Source: an uncultured Gemmatimonadales bacterium
GTDB taxonomy: Bacteria > Gemmatimonadota > Gemmatimonadetes > Longimicrobiales > Gaopeijiaceae
Reading direction: 5' to 3'
Length of the DNA stretch: 64,000 nucleotides
NCBI GenBank assembly: GCA_963823035.1
Contig: CAWGKG010000010.1
Location: forward strand, 288,001 to 352,000
The notes under the pieces were generated by a model that was not told where the DNA came from, did not search any database, and was given only the letters and a program-made list of their open reading frames with translations. Positions 63,481 through 64,000 of the stretch are shown piece by piece (positions within the stretch are counted from its first letter, which is position 1; the number at the start of each line of letters is the position of its first letter). Both the position numbers and the translations under genes were made by a program.

Positions 63481-63723
63481 ATGCTGGTTCTGAAGATCCT
63501 CGTCGCCCTGGCTGCCGTCGGGCTCGGCATCTGGCTGGGCCTTCCCGGGAAGTACGATCAGACGCTCGACGACCTCGAGCGCAACATGGAGCTGGGGAGG
63601 GAGAGCCAGAAGGCCCAGCGGCACTTCACGCCGCTGGCCTGGGTCCAGAGGAAGGTGACCGCGCGCGGTCAGCGCCTCAAGCCCCGTCACGCCTTCCGCC
63701 TGGAGCGCCCCGAGGACCGTTGA
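63481..63723 (+). CDS. Small membrane-anchored hypothetical protein
   Basis: AGGAG RBS; N-terminal TM then charged tail. Confidence 0.6.
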   Translation: MLVLKILVALAAVGLGIWLGLPGKYDQTLDDLERNMELGRESQKAQRHFTPLAWVQRKVTARGQRLKPRHAFRLERPEDR

Positions 63724-63747
63724 GGGCGGAGGGGGGAGCGACCCCCC

Positions 63748-64000
63748 TCAGTGGAAGAGCGAGTTCACGCCCACCAGCAGGACCCCGATGACGGCGCCGA
63801 GTACGTAGCCGAGCCGCACGATCAGCTTCAGCTCGCGGTCCGTCACCTTGCGCACGAGCTCCTCCAGCTTGACGGTGGGAAACTCCAGCACCTTCTCCTC
63901 GACGCGGCGGGCCACGTCCAGGCGCTGGACCACGTCGGGCACCTGCGTCTGCAGCCACTCCCACACAGGTTCGCTCAGCGCGCCCTCGATGCGGTCGGGC
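63748..64000 (-). CDS. DUF445 family protein, C-terminal part
   Basis: VEEKV..LEELVRKVTDRELKLIVRLGYVLGAVIG. Confidence 0.8.
   Translation of the reverse strand, partial: PDRIEGALSEPVWEWLQTQVPDVVQRLDVARRVEEKVLEFPTVKLEELVRKVTDRELKLIVRLGYVLGAVIGVLLVGVNSLFH

Overview
High-GC chromosomal window. Gene content (SusC/SusD pair, repeated PadR + duplicated MacB/FtsX permease modules, barrel-less TonB-plug proteins, TolB-like/TPR protein) suggests Gemmatimonadota or a related lineage; this is inference. Many genes carry small frameshifts and a few have internal deletions, most simply explained by an error-prone long-read consensus, so coordinates of broken genes are approximate. Content: SusC/SusD end, ClpP, SSADH, three PadR-permease modules with palindromic operators, short asparaginase + AsnA + D-aminoacylase-like enzyme, T2SSE_N-REC fusion, DAK2-DegV, M1 peptidase, rho, mlaEFD, FNR/trxB, ClC, fumC, nfo, a metal uptake operon, a probable 6S RNA, a pterin cluster (two PTPS paralogues, folE, SDR) and a FadD/TPR/macro/transglutaminase/ABC run. 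No rRNA, tRNA, CRISPR or transposase was recognised. Best candidate for an undescribed system: a 110-aa upstream ORF (49400-49732) with a signal-like N-terminus, a His/Cys cluster and a C-terminal RAPP ribosome-arrest motif. It heads a Zn/Mn-type outer-membrane protein + ABC uptake operon and may be a metal-sensing translation-arrest regulator.
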